The notes under the pieces: generated by a model
Seen by the model: the letters and a program-made list of their open reading frames with translations, nothing else
Database searches by the model: none
What the model was told of the DNA's origin: nothing
From: Vicinamibacterales bacterium
GTDB lineage: Bacteria > Acidobacteriota > Vicinamibacteria > Vicinamibacterales > 2-12-FULL-66-21
Assembly (NCBI GenBank): GCA_036556425.1
Contig: DATBJJ010000006.1
Location: 4,266 to 68,265 of the forward strand
Length of the DNA stretch: 64,000 nucleotides
Direction: 5' to 3'
In this document: piece by piece, positions 52,289-61,663 of the stretch
Numbering within the stretch: position 1 is the stretch's first letter
How the letters are laid out: each line of letters opens with the position of its first letter
Program-made: the position numbers and the translations under genes

Positions 52289-54339
52289 GCCGCCCTCGAT
52301 CCAGCCGGCGCCTGCGCGCGGCGGATCGCCTCGGCGGCAAGCGTGGCGTCGTACTGTTCGGACGAGAATGCGGCCGCCAGGTCGATCGGGTTCGCGCTGC
52401 GCAGCAGGATTCGCTGCGCGAGCTTCGCAATCGGCGACATCACCGACAGCACCCACGCAGGCATCCACACGGCCCTGAGATCGGGACGCTTCTCGAGCCA
52501 CAGCGCGAGCAGCTTCGCGCGCGTCGGCGCCTCGGGCTCGACAAGGTTGACGATCGTCGGCATCGAATCGAAATTCTCGACTCCGCCGCGAATCACCTGC
52601 GCGGCCGTGCGCACGTCGCAGAGGCTGAGTCCGCCCGACTTCGGACCGATCGCGAGGAAGATCGGACCCAGCTCGCGACCGAGGCGGCCTGGCGGCTCGT
52701 ACGCCTTGAAGTCGACGAGCGGTCCCGGCCGCACGACGCGGATTCTCAGACCCAGGCCCGGACCCCGCTCGAGCACTTCGCGCTCGGATTCCGCCTTGGC
52801 CCACACGTACGGTCCGCGCGCGAGGTTGTCGCGATCGACCGGGCTCCTCTCCGTCAACGGCCCGCCGACGACTTTGCTCGGCTTCAGGACCGCAATGCTG
52901 CTGACGTGCAGGAAATTCCTGACGCCCGCGGCGGCCGATGCGTCGAGGAGGTGGCGCGTCGCGGCGATCGTGTTCCGCTCGTGAGCGTCCTTCCCGCCGG
53001 CCGTCTCCGCCGCGCAATGCACGACCGTCGATACTCCGGCGAGCAGGCCCTTCTCGAGTTTCTGGCTCAGATCGGCGGCGACATACTCCACTCCCGCTTC
53101 CTGCGCCGACGCGGGTGGCACACGGCGTCCAACCGACCGCACCGACCAGGCATGCCGCCGCAAGTCGCGGACGACCGCACGTCCGAGCGTTCCGTTCCCG
53201 CCGGTCACCAATACCACGCCGCGGGTCGGATCCGTTGGCGGCAGCTGACGCTTCCGTTCCGCGAGCTCCACTTCCGCGCGGCGCTCGCGCTCGGCGTCGG
53301 CAGCGCGCAGCGTTTGGCCGATCTCTTCGCACACGCGGACGGTGTCGAGGATCGATTCCGGCGAGAGCGGCGGCTTCGTCCCGTGACGGATGCTCTCGTA
53401 GAACGCGTGCGTCAAATCGCTGAGCCCCGGATATCCCTTCTTCTTGCCGAAGAGATGCGACGCGAAGCCTTTCGTCGATCCGATGATGATCTGCTTCGCC
53501 TCGCGATACGGATTCGACACGAGGGAAATCGCGGATGCGCCGGCGCCGGCCAAGTTCGTGAGCGCGCCGCGCACGAAATCCGCGCGAAGGCAGCCGTTCG
53601 TGCCGACGACGCGCAAATACGATTCGATTGGCCGGCCGCGCAGCGTCACGATCAGCACGCCGGTCGCCTCACCGGCCTTCAAGATGGCGTGAACTTCTCC
53701 CTCGGCGCGAACGTGAATCGACGTGAGCTCGGGCGACGCAAGCGGGTCGCACGCGCGCAGCGCGTCGAGCAGCGTGTAGACGGGGTGCGGCAGAATGTCG
53801 AGCAGCTGCTCGATCGGCGACATCAGCGACCGTCCGTCGCGAGACTTCCTCACGGTCCGGAACGAGAAATAGCTCTCCACGTGAACGACGCGTCCGATGA
53901 GGTTCAGCGACGCGGTCAACCCGCGCGCCGGCGCCTGATAGAGGAGCTGGTGTCCGGCGCACACCGAACGCTCCGCTCTCGCCGCCGTCTCGAGCACGTC
54001 GCGCGCATCCGCCGTCGTCAGCGTGAACGGCTTCTCGACATAGACGTGCGCGCCGTGCGAGAGGCACAGCTTCGCGAGCGGCGCGTGGGATCCGGGCGGC
54101 GTGGCGATGTGCACGACGTCGGGATGGACGGCCTCGAGCATCTCGGACGCCGACGCAAACCATCGAACGTCCTTCGACAGGACCGACGGCAGCTTCTCCG
54201 GGTTCGCGTCGGGATCGGCGACGGCGACGATGCTCGCGCCGGGGCACGCCTGTATCGCGCGCGCGTGGTGGATGCCCATCTTGCCGCAGCCGACGATGGC
54301 GATCTTCAAGGGAGCGGCGGGGCCGCGTTGAGTTGACAT
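52285..54339 (-). CDS. bifunctional fusion: Gfo/Idh/MocA oxidoreductase (N-terminal) plus NAD-dependent epimerase/dehydratase SDR (C-terminal)
   Basis: 684 aa with two Rossmann motifs: IAIVGCGKMG at the N-terminus and VLVTGGNGTLG around residue 385. Confidence 0.85.
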   Translation of the reverse strand: MSTQRGPAAPLKIAIVGCGKMGIHHARAIQACPGASIVAVADPDANPEKLPSVLSKDVRWFASASEMLEAVHPDVVHIATPPGSHAPLAKLCLSHGAHVYVEKPFTLTTADARDVLETAARAERSVCAGHQLLYQAPARGLTASLNLIGRVVHVESYFSFRTVRKSRDGRSLMSPIEQLLDILPHPVYTLLDALRACDPLASPELTSIHVRAEGEVHAILKAGEATGVLIVTLRGRPIESYLRVVGTNGCLRADFVRGALTNLAGAGASAISLVSNPYREAKQIIIGSTKGFASHLFGKKKGYPGLSDLTHAFYESIRHGTKPPLSPESILDTVRVCEEIGQTLRAADAERERRAEVELAERKRQLPPTDPTRGVVLVTGGNGTLGRAVVRDLRRHAWSVRSVGRRVPPASAQEAGVEYVAADLSQKLEKGLLAGVSTVVHCAAETAGGKDAHERNTIAATRHLLDASAAAGVRNFLHVSSIAVLKPSKVVGGPLTERSPVDRDNLARGPYVWAKAESEREVLERGPGLGLRIRVVRPGPLVDFKAYEPPGRLGRELGPIFLAIGPKSGGLSLCDVRTAAQVIRGGVENFDSMPTIVNLVEPEAPTRAKLLALWLEKRPDLRAVWMPAWVLSVMSPIAKLAQRILLRSANPIDLAAAFSSEQYDATLAAEAIRRAQAPAGSRAA

Positions 54340-54381
54340 TGCGAAGCTGGTCCTTGGTCGATGTCTGGAATCAATTGACGG

Positions 54382-56217
54382 TTAACAACGGAACGTTTCG
54401 CGCCACGTGCAGAGATTGAGCGCGGTCCACAGGAACTCGGAATGGTCGCGCGCGCCGGAGCGATGCTCGGCGATGAGCCGCGTGAGCGCGGGCCGATCGA
54501 ACACGTCGGCTGCCGGGCTTTCCGCGAGCCCGCGGATGCGCTCGCCCAATCCGTCGTGCGCGCGGAACCATCGCGCAAGCGGCACGCCGAAGCCCGACTT
54601 GCGCCGATCGACAATCGCCTGCGGCAGCGCGCGCCGCGCGACGTCTTTCACGACCGCCTTGCCGGACCCGAGCCGGACTTTGTGCTCCGTCGGCAGGCGA
54701 TTGGCGAACTCGACGATCCGGTAATCCATGAACGGCACGCGCGACTCGATGCCGGCCGCCATGCTCATCTTGTCCTGCCGATGCAGGATCGACACGAGGA
54801 ACGTCTCCTGATCGAGCAGCGACAGACGTCCCACGCCATCGAGTCCCAGGCCCGCGCTGCCCTCGAGGCATTCCCGGCGATATTCCGCCCCGAACGCCGG
54901 CAGACCCGGGGCCGCTTCGGCCACGAGATCGGGACGCAGATAGCTCGAGTTGTACAGGAACACGTCCTCGCGCGAGGCCGACGCGTAGCGATCGAGCTTG
55001 TGCAGGCGGTGATCCTTGATCCACGCGAGCAAGAACCGTCGCATCGGCGCGGGCACGTTGCGGTACGAGTCCGCGAGGCGAGGAATGCGGTACCGCGGAT
55101 AGCCGGCGAAGAGCTCGTCCGATCCCTCGCCTGTCAACACGACGGTCACGTGCTGCTTGGCGAGCTTGCTGAGCGCGAAGATGTGGACCGAGTTCGCGAA
55201 ATCCAGCGGCTCGTCGTTGTGCCACACCATCCGCGGAAAGAGCTCGTCGAACTCGACGTTGCCGACGCGGAGTTGGTGGTGAACCGTGTTGTACTTCTTC
55301 GAGACCATGAGCGCGAACGCGCTCTCGTCGAAGTCCGTCTCGTCGAAGCCGACCGAGAACGTGTTGACCGCGTCGCCCTTGATCTTCGCGGCCAACGCCG
55401 TCACGAGGCTCGAGTCGACGCCGCCGCTGCAGAACGTGCCGACGGGAACGTCGCTGATCAGACGCATCCGCACCGAATCCTGCAAGAGATCCGACAGCGT
55501 GCGCGTCGCTTCCTCGAATCCAATCGCGGGACGCTCGGGCGACGGCCTCGGCGACCAATAACGCGTGATGCGCGGACGCCCGTCGCGAACCGTCATCGTG
55601 CATCCAGGCGGCAGGCTTCGAATCCCGCGGAACAGCGTCTCGGTACCCGACACCTGTCGGAAGAGCAAGTACTCGCTCAGCGCTTCTTCGCGGCACTGCG
55701 CGGCAACCTTGCCGCTCTTCAGAATCGACTTGATCTCCGATCCGAACACGAAGGCTTCGGGCGTCTCGGCGTAGTAGAGCGGCTTGACGCCCATCCGGTC
55801 GCGCGCCAGGAACAGCGTCCGATGTTCCGTGTCCCAGATGGCGAACGCAAACATGCCGTTGAGCGCCTCGACGCACTTCTCGCCGCGCTCCGCGTACAGA
55901 TTCAGGATGACTTCGGTGTCGCTGTTCGAGTGGAACGCGAAGCCCTTCGCGACGAGCGCTTCGCGCAGCGGACGATAGTTGTAGATCTCGCCGTTGAAGA
56001 CGATCCACAGCTTGCGCCGGACGTCCTGCATCGGCTGGTGGCCGCCGGACAGATCGATGATGCTCAGACGGCGGAAGCCGAGACCCACCGGACCATCGAT
56101 GAAGTTGCCCGCGTCGTCAGGACCGCGGTACGAGATGATGTCGCGCATCGCCGTGACGAGCTCGGGCTCGCACGGGTGCGACGGATCCTTGTAAACCAGT
56201 CCCGCTATTCCGCACAT
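54382..56217 (-). CDS. asparagine synthase (glutamine-hydrolysing) family amidotransferase, copy 2 (exosortase-adjacent)
   Basis: ORF 54382..56376 trimmed to MCGIAGLVYKD.... PP-motif: SGGVDSS. Confidence 0.9.
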   Translation of the reverse strand: MCGIAGLVYKDPSHPCEPELVTAMRDIISYRGPDDAGNFIDGPVGLGFRRLSIIDLSGGHQPMQDVRRKLWIVFNGEIYNYRPLREALVAKGFAFHSNSDTEVILNLYAERGEKCVEALNGMFAFAIWDTEHRTLFLARDRMGVKPLYYAETPEAFVFGSEIKSILKSGKVAAQCREEALSEYLLFRQVSGTETLFRGIRSLPPGCTMTVRDGRPRITRYWSPRPSPERPAIGFEEATRTLSDLLQDSVRMRLISDVPVGTFCSGGVDSSLVTALAAKIKGDAVNTFSVGFDETDFDESAFALMVSKKYNTVHHQLRVGNVEFDELFPRMVWHNDEPLDFANSVHIFALSKLAKQHVTVVLTGEGSDELFAGYPRYRIPRLADSYRNVPAPMRRFLLAWIKDHRLHKLDRYASASREDVFLYNSSYLRPDLVAEAAPGLPAFGAEYRRECLEGSAGLGLDGVGRLSLLDQETFLVSILHRQDKMSMAAGIESRVPFMDYRIVEFANRLPTEHKVRLGSGKAVVKDVARRALPQAIVDRRKSGFGVPLARWFRAHDGLGERIRGLAESPAADVFDRPALTRLIAEHRSGARDHSEFLWTALNLCTWRETFRC

Positions 56218-57476
56218 ATCTCGCTCTGCTCTCTCTTCGTCCGTACCACCGTCAGCCCATCCGCACGGCCGCGCACGACGCGCTCGAGTATCTCGACCGT
56301 CGTCGTGATGTCGCTCGGCCTGACGAGCGCATGCGTGGGAATCGTCAGAACGCGTTCCGCGACCGATCGGCCGCAAGGAGCCGGCGCCGCTCCACCGGCG
56401 AATGCCGTCTGCAGCGCCGGAACGTCGACGAGCGATGAGGGATACGACGCCGTCGCGCCAATGCCAGCGGCGACGAGCGCCTCGAGCGCGCGCTGCCGCA
56501 CGTCACGATTCGGTAACAGCACCGGGAAGCGCAGGTAGACCGGCGTCGCGCCGTTGGTCACACGGATCGACTGCACGCCGGGAACAGCCGTCACGCCTGC
56601 GAGAATCGACGCCGCGTTCTCGCGCCGCGCGCGGTTGAACTCATCGAGCCGCTTCGTCATCGTGACGCCGAGCGCAACCAGCGGACGGCTCGGCCGCTCC
56701 ATCGGGAAATCCGTCGTGTAGACCGTCTTGCCGAGGCCGAGCTGCGGAATGCTGTTTGGAATCCAATACAGCGCCGGCCGGAGCATCAGCGAATACACGC
56801 ACGCTTTCATGACGCCGCTGACGGACTCGGTCAGCGGCGGCGCCGCCAAGCTCGCGTGCTCGCGATCGAGCGCGGACGCCAGGCGGTCCGAGCTCGTGAC
56901 GACCATTCCGCCATCAATCGCCGCGACGTTCTTACCTTTGTCGAAGCTGTAGAGGCCCGCGTCGCCCCAGGTCCCCGACGCGCGCCCACCGACGGCCGCC
57001 CCCATCGCCTGCGCGGCATCGTCGACGAGAAATGCCCCGTGCTCGCGCGCGATATCGGCAATCGCCGGAAGATCGTTTGGGAGCCCGTACAAGTTCGTCG
57101 CCACGACAGTCATCACACGGCGGAAATCAGTCCGCCGCAGCTGGTCGAGGTCGTAATCCAACGTGTCCGCCCGGATGTCGACGATGCGCGGGCGAAGGCC
57201 GGCTTTGACGACCGACGCGGCGACCGAAAAGCACGTGTACGACGGAAGCACGACCTCGTCGCGATCGCCGGACGCGAGACGGCGCATGGCTCTCAGCAGC
57301 AGCGTCAGACCCGCGCGGCCGGTCGACGTCAGCAGCGCGTGGCGCACGCCGAATCGATCCTGGAACGCGCGGCGCAGAGTCGCGCCGACGTCCGCTCCAG
57401 AGACGACAAGCGCCGCCGCGCGCGCGAGATCGATCGCGCGAATCGGAGCGCCGGCGGGAGCAACGTGTCGAGGCAT
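56205..57476 (-). CDS. DegT/DnrJ/EryC1/StrS-family PLP aminotransferase
   Basis: ORF 56205..57746 trimmed to MPRHVAPAGAP.... Features: DDAAQAMGA, and the PLP-lysine context YSFDKGKN. Confidence 0.85.
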   Translation of the reverse strand: MPRHVAPAGAPIRAIDLARAAALVVSGADVGATLRRAFQDRFGVRHALLTSTGRAGLTLLLRAMRRLASGDRDEVVLPSYTCFSVAASVVKAGLRPRIVDIRADTLDYDLDQLRRTDFRRVMTVVATNLYGLPNDLPAIADIAREHGAFLVDDAAQAMGAAVGGRASGTWGDAGLYSFDKGKNVAAIDGGMVVTSSDRLASALDREHASLAAPPLTESVSGVMKACVYSLMLRPALYWIPNSIPQLGLGKTVYTTDFPMERPSRPLVALGVTMTKRLDEFNRARRENAASILAGVTAVPGVQSIRVTNGATPVYLRFPVLLPNRDVRQRALEALVAAGIGATASYPSSLVDVPALQTAFAGGAAPAPCGRSVAERVLTIPTHALVRPSDITTTVEILERVVRGRADGLTVVRTKREQSEICAE

Positions 57477-58501
57477 TACGGAATGCTGCGCGCGATGAAC
57501 GGGCCGATCACCTGGGTCACGGGAACGGGAAGCTGCTGCCACGCCCGAATCGCGAGGCGATACTTCGGGTTCGCGACGTTCAATTGCGGGATGTCGCGCC
57601 GCGTCCTCAGCACGTACTGCCAATACAGTTGGAGCGGCTTCGCATTCCACTTTTTCTTGAAGACTTCCCCGCCGGATTGCACCGTCGAGCGTCCCAGGTG
57701 GAAGCGCGTCATGCCGCGCTCGCACGCGCCTTTGATGAGCTCCCAATACAGCACGTATCCGGCGTACTGACTCCGGAATTTGCCGCGCGATCCGAGCCAG
57801 AGTCCCTCAGCCGTTTCCCCATGGAGCATGTCGAGCGATGCGGCGGCCGGCTCGGTGCCGGCATAGACCACGCACAGGCGTGTCGCTTCGGGAAATGTCG
57901 CGGCCACCGTCTCGAGGTAGCTGCGCGAGTAGATCGGCGTTCCGAGATCCCGCCAGCTCTCCGACAGGACCGCGTAGAAATCCGGAATCAGCTCCGCGCC
58001 GCCGATACGCGCGGTGAGTCCGTTCTTGTAGCCCTTGCGGATATCCTGACGATGCGAGCTCGAGAACTTTTTCCAGAGGACGTCCGGATCCTTGTTCAGG
58101 TCCAACGTCATGCTGACCTTGTGATCGGAGGACGGAAGACCGTCGAGGAATTTGCGGCTGCGAATCTCGACGTAGTCGACGCGCCACTCGTCCGCGATCT
58201 CGCTCGCCTTCGCAATCAACACCCGCTCGATCTCCGGCGTCGACGCGCACGGCCCGCCGAAATTCACGAACGGAAGCGAGCACGCGATGTTGCCGAACAG
58301 TCGGCTCTGCACGCGCACGATCGGAAAGACACCCGCGATCCGATCGCCGTCGAGCGCCGCCAAGTACGCCGAGCGATGCCCGAAGCATTGCTGGTTGACG
58401 CGCCGCCACTCGTAGCGGTGATAAAGCGATGCGCCGTCCGCCGTGTCGACGAACGCGTTCCATGCATCGCGATGCGAGTCGTCGCAGTTGATGATCTTCA
58501 T
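57476..58501 (-). CDS. FemAB-related (GNAT-fold) peptidyl/aminoacyl transferase, PEP-CTERM-system type
   Basis: ORF 57476..58585 trimmed to MKIINCDDSHRDAWNAFV..., 341 aa. It has the family-typical SLYHRYEW opening and sits directly downstream of the exosortase. Confidence 0.8.
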   Translation of the reverse strand: MKIINCDDSHRDAWNAFVDTADGASLYHRYEWRRVNQQCFGHRSAYLAALDGDRIAGVFPIVRVQSRLFGNIACSLPFVNFGGPCASTPEIERVLIAKASEIADEWRVDYVEIRSRKFLDGLPSSDHKVSMTLDLNKDPDVLWKKFSSSHRQDIRKGYKNGLTARIGGAELIPDFYAVLSESWRDLGTPIYSRSYLETVAATFPEATRLCVVYAGTEPAAASLDMLHGETAEGLWLGSRGKFRSQYAGYVLYWELIKGACERGMTRFHLGRSTVQSGGEVFKKKWNAKPLQLYWQYVLRTRRDIPQLNVANPKYRLAIRAWQQLPVPVTQVIGPFIARSIP

Positions 58502-58529
58502 GCTCGTTCCGTATGTCTTCGATCGCGCG

Positions 58530-60113
58530 TCAGTGAGCGCGGCCCGGCAAATGAGGGCCGAGGGCCTCGTGCACGAGCGCCGCAAGCTCCGAGAGATCGC
58601 GCGCGCGCGCGCGATCGTCCTCGCCAGCCGTCGGGTTGTTCGACCGCGCCGGGGTCGAGAGCGCGACGACCGCGCCGTTGGTCCGGCCCTGCGCGAGCGC
58701 GTTCCAGATCGTCCGAATCTTCGCGCCGGATGCGCTCAATTCCACGGCGTCGTTCATCTCGTACCAGAAGAACACGTCGCGAGGATCCTGCCCCGCGACC
58801 TTTTCGGACGAGGCGCGAACGAGGTTCGCGTCGAATTCCGCGCCTCGCGCATCGGCGACGCGAACGCGCTCGGCCCGGCGGTGCAGATCCAGCGTCCTCG
58901 ATCCGGCGACCTCTTTGCTCTGCGACTGCGTCTCGAAGTACGCGATGTAGACGTCGATCGCGCGCCCGTTGCTGCGATAGCTGCGGCGAAGCTCCGCGTC
59001 GGCGCCGCGCCACAAGTCGCGTGGCCAAGACTTGGGACCGCCGAACGGACTCGCCTGCCATGTTCCGAGCGTCGATGGAAAACTGTCCAGACCTGCGGTC
59101 AGCGGCACGGGCCGCGGCTCGCCTGCGAGAACGCCCGAGCCGAACCCGATGAACACGAGCAGACAGGCCAGCGCCTCGGCGCGGGGCAGCCGCACCGAGA
59201 AGCCTGACGTAGGGGTCGCTTTCGCCGGACCGCCGCCGCGCGCGCGGTCGAGGTCCGCGTCGGGCCGCGGCTGCTCCAACCATCGAAGGCCGGCGAACAA
59301 CACGACGAATCCAATACCCGACACGAACAGACCGTGGAGCACGTGAAACGGCCCGTGCAGCGGCGAGCCGATCTCGAAGTGCGCCAGCACGCCAATCAGC
59401 GCGACCCGTAGACCGTTCGAGAGCGCCGCGATCGTGACAGCGGACACGATGAGCACGGCGCGGCGCCAGAACCCCCGCAGGTAGACATAGGACAGCGGAA
59501 GCCCCAGGGCGAGCACGGCGACCAGATAGTTGATGCCGCTGCACGCGCGAGCGACCTCGAGCGTCAGACCCGGAAGCTCGATGAACGTGCCCTCGCGATG
59601 CGCGGGGATTCCAACCGCGTGCAGGATTGCCACGCCAATCCCGGCGGACCGCTGCTGGAACGGCCAGTGGAGCGACTCGGTGAAGCCGTCCCAGAGGGGC
59701 ACCATCAGCAGCAGGTACGCGAGCGCAGCCCATGACGCTCGCACATACGCCAGGCCGAAGAGCAGCAACACGATGCCGACGAGAGACACGAGAAACGCGA
59801 GCTGCTCGAGAACCTGCAGACCGCCCGCTTTCCCGATCGCGAGAAGACCCATGCCTCCCAGGAGGACGAGCGCAGCCAAGCCGCGAGACGGCCGCGGCGA
59901 CAACGTCCGCAGGACGTCGCGGCGAGACCACGCGAGGAAGGCGGCGACGATCGGCACCATGAATCCGTACGAATACATCGGGCTGACCGACCATTGCCGG
60001 ACCATCGCGGCCAGCGGCGCACGGTGCGCGAACACCGAGGCGGCGCACAGCACGATCGCCACGACGATCTCCGCGCGGGGTGCGCGAACGGGTTCTACGG
60101 CGCGTGCGATCAA
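58530..60113 (-). CDS. xrtA: exosortase (XrtA-like) fused to a C-terminal EpsI-family domain
   Basis: Exosortase core: polytopic, with ARACSGINYL (catalytic Cys context) and LSNGLRVALIG (Arg), then HGLF. The C-terminal roughly 200 aa is a soluble domain of EpsI type (FPSTLGTWQA...IDVYIAYFETQ...NGAVVALS). I propose the start at TTG 60113-60111, giving a TTGA overlap with the upstream stop. The ORF maximum is 60230. Confidence 0.85.
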   Translation of the reverse strand: MIARAVEPVRAPRAEIVVAIVLCAASVFAHRAPLAAMVRQWSVSPMYSYGFMVPIVAAFLAWSRRDVLRTLSPRPSRGLAALVLLGGMGLLAIGKAGGLQVLEQLAFLVSLVGIVLLLFGLAYVRASWAALAYLLLMVPLWDGFTESLHWPFQQRSAGIGVAILHAVGIPAHREGTFIELPGLTLEVARACSGINYLVAVLALGLPLSYVYLRGFWRRAVLIVSAVTIAALSNGLRVALIGVLAHFEIGSPLHGPFHVLHGLFVSGIGFVVLFAGLRWLEQPRPDADLDRARGGGPAKATPTSGFSVRLPRAEALACLLVFIGFGSGVLAGEPRPVPLTAGLDSFPSTLGTWQASPFGGPKSWPRDLWRGADAELRRSYRSNGRAIDVYIAYFETQSQSKEVAGSRTLDLHRRAERVRVADARGAEFDANLVRASSEKVAGQDPRDVFFWYEMNDAVELSASGAKIRTIWNALAQGRTNGAVVALSTPARSNNPTAGEDDRARARDLSELAALVHEALGPHLPGRAH

Positions 60114-61663
60114 GGGAGTACCGGACGTCCGAGCGCTTTGCGCGCCACCTTGCCAGAGCCCGTACGCGGCAGCGCGTCGACAATCTCGACCCACTTCGGC
60201 ACCATGAAGTCCTCGAGTGCCTGCGCGCACTGGCGCAGCACGTCCTGCTCGGTGAGCGGCGAGGATCTCGTCACCGTCACGAACGCCTTGATCGCTTCGC
60301 CGAGCACGGGATCGGGCACGCCGATCACCGCGGCCTCGGCCACTCCAGGAATCGCGTGCAGGACGTTTTCAATCTCGCGCGGGCTGACCTTCTGCCCCCG
60401 GCTCTTGATGACATCGTCGGTCCGCGACTGGAAGTACATGAACCCATCGTCGTCGATGCGGAAGATGTCGCCGGTGTGGAGGACGCGCTCGCCCGGCAGC
60501 AAGCCGGGCTTCAGGACGCGAGCCGTATCCTCGGGCGATCGCCAATAGCCCTGCATGACGTTCGAACCGCGGACGACGAGCTCGCCGATGCCGTGATCCA
60601 TCCGCCGCCCCGCTTCGTCGACGAGATAGACCTCGACGTTGCTCATGGCCTTGCCGACCGATCCGGGCCGCGCGTCGATCTCGGCGGGATCGAGATATGA
60701 CACGCGCTTGCATTCGGTCAGTCCGTACATCGAGAAAATGCGGACGTGCGGCAGGCGCTCGCGCAGCGTGTTGATGTGCGCGGTCGGCAGTGCCGCGCCC
60801 GTGTTCGTGACGTAGCGCAGCGACCTCAGTTCGTACGCACCGAGATCGAGCTTGAGGAGCAGCGCGGCGATCATCGGAACGATCGGCAGCGCCGTCACGC
60901 CTTCGCGGACCATCAGATCGAGCAGCGCCGTTGGATACGCGAACGACCGCTCGAGCACCAGGCGGGCGCCGGCGTTGAACGCGAGAAAAATCTGATACAG
61001 GCCGTAGTCGAACGACAACGGCAGCACGTCGAGAATCACATCATTCGGCGTGTTGCGAAGGTAGTCCTGAATCGAGCTCGCGGCAGCGACCATGTTCGCG
61101 TGCGTCAACATGACGCCCTTGCCGCGGCCGGTGGACCCCGACGTGTAGATCAACGCGGCAAGATCCTGATCGATCGGGCGGCGGCGATCCGCTGCGTCGG
61201 CGGGCGGCTCAGTGCTCGCGAGCGCGGCGAACCAGACGATCGGATGACGCTCGATCCCGATATCCCCAGTGCACTCTCCCACCAATACGACCGCATTCAA
61301 CGCGCCGCATTTCGAGACGGCATCCGTCACGACAGGGAGCGCGCGCCGATCGCTGACGAGCACGCTGGCTTCGCAGTCGTTGAGGAGATACAGGAGCTTG
61401 TCGGCTTTGACGGTCGGGTTGACCGGCACGAACACGGCTCCGGCCTTCAGCGCGCCAAAGATGGTCAGCACCGCCTCGACGCTGTTCTCGAGGTGCACGA
61501 CCACGCGGTCTCCGCGGCCGACGCCGAGTTGGCGCAGACCGTCGGCGACGCGATTCGCCGCGTCGTTCAGCTCGCGATACGTGAGCCGGCGCGTACCGCA
61601 GACGAGCGCCTCGCGGTCGGGCGTCTGCCGCGCGCTCGCTTCGAGGCCGCTGTTAACCAGCAA
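60110..61663 (-). CDS. AMP-dependent acyl-CoA/acyl-ACP ligase (ANL family), copy 2 (exosortase-adjacent)
   Basis: 517 aa with YTSGSTGRGKG, GYWRSPE, TGDIFRID and GKVARK. Confidence 0.9.
   Translation of the reverse strand: MLVNSGLEASARQTPDREALVCGTRRLTYRELNDAANRVADGLRQLGVGRGDRVVVHLENSVEAVLTIFGALKAGAVFVPVNPTVKADKLLYLLNDCEASVLVSDRRALPVVTDAVSKCGALNAVVLVGECTGDIGIERHPIVWFAALASTEPPADAADRRRPIDQDLAALIYTSGSTGRGKGVMLTHANMVAAASSIQDYLRNTPNDVILDVLPLSFDYGLYQIFLAFNAGARLVLERSFAYPTALLDLMVREGVTALPIVPMIAALLLKLDLGAYELRSLRYVTNTGAALPTAHINTLRERLPHVRIFSMYGLTECKRVSYLDPAEIDARPGSVGKAMSNVEVYLVDEAGRRMDHGIGELVVRGSNVMQGYWRSPEDTARVLKPGLLPGERVLHTGDIFRIDDDGFMYFQSRTDDVIKSRGQKVSPREIENVLHAIPGVAEAAVIGVPDPVLGEAIKAFVTVTRSSPLTEQDVLRQCAQALEDFMVPKWVEIVDALPRTGSGKVARKALGRPVLP

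Noticed and set aside
54442-56538. 698-aa plus-strand ORF
   Set aside because: It is antisense to the AsnB-like gene, whose own frame starts with the diagnostic MCGIAG.
58498-60183. 561-aa minus-strand ORF in an alternate frame of the exosortase gene
   Set aside because: It is Arg/Ala-rich with no TM helices. The neighbouring frame encodes a coherent polytopic exosortase plus an EpsI domain.
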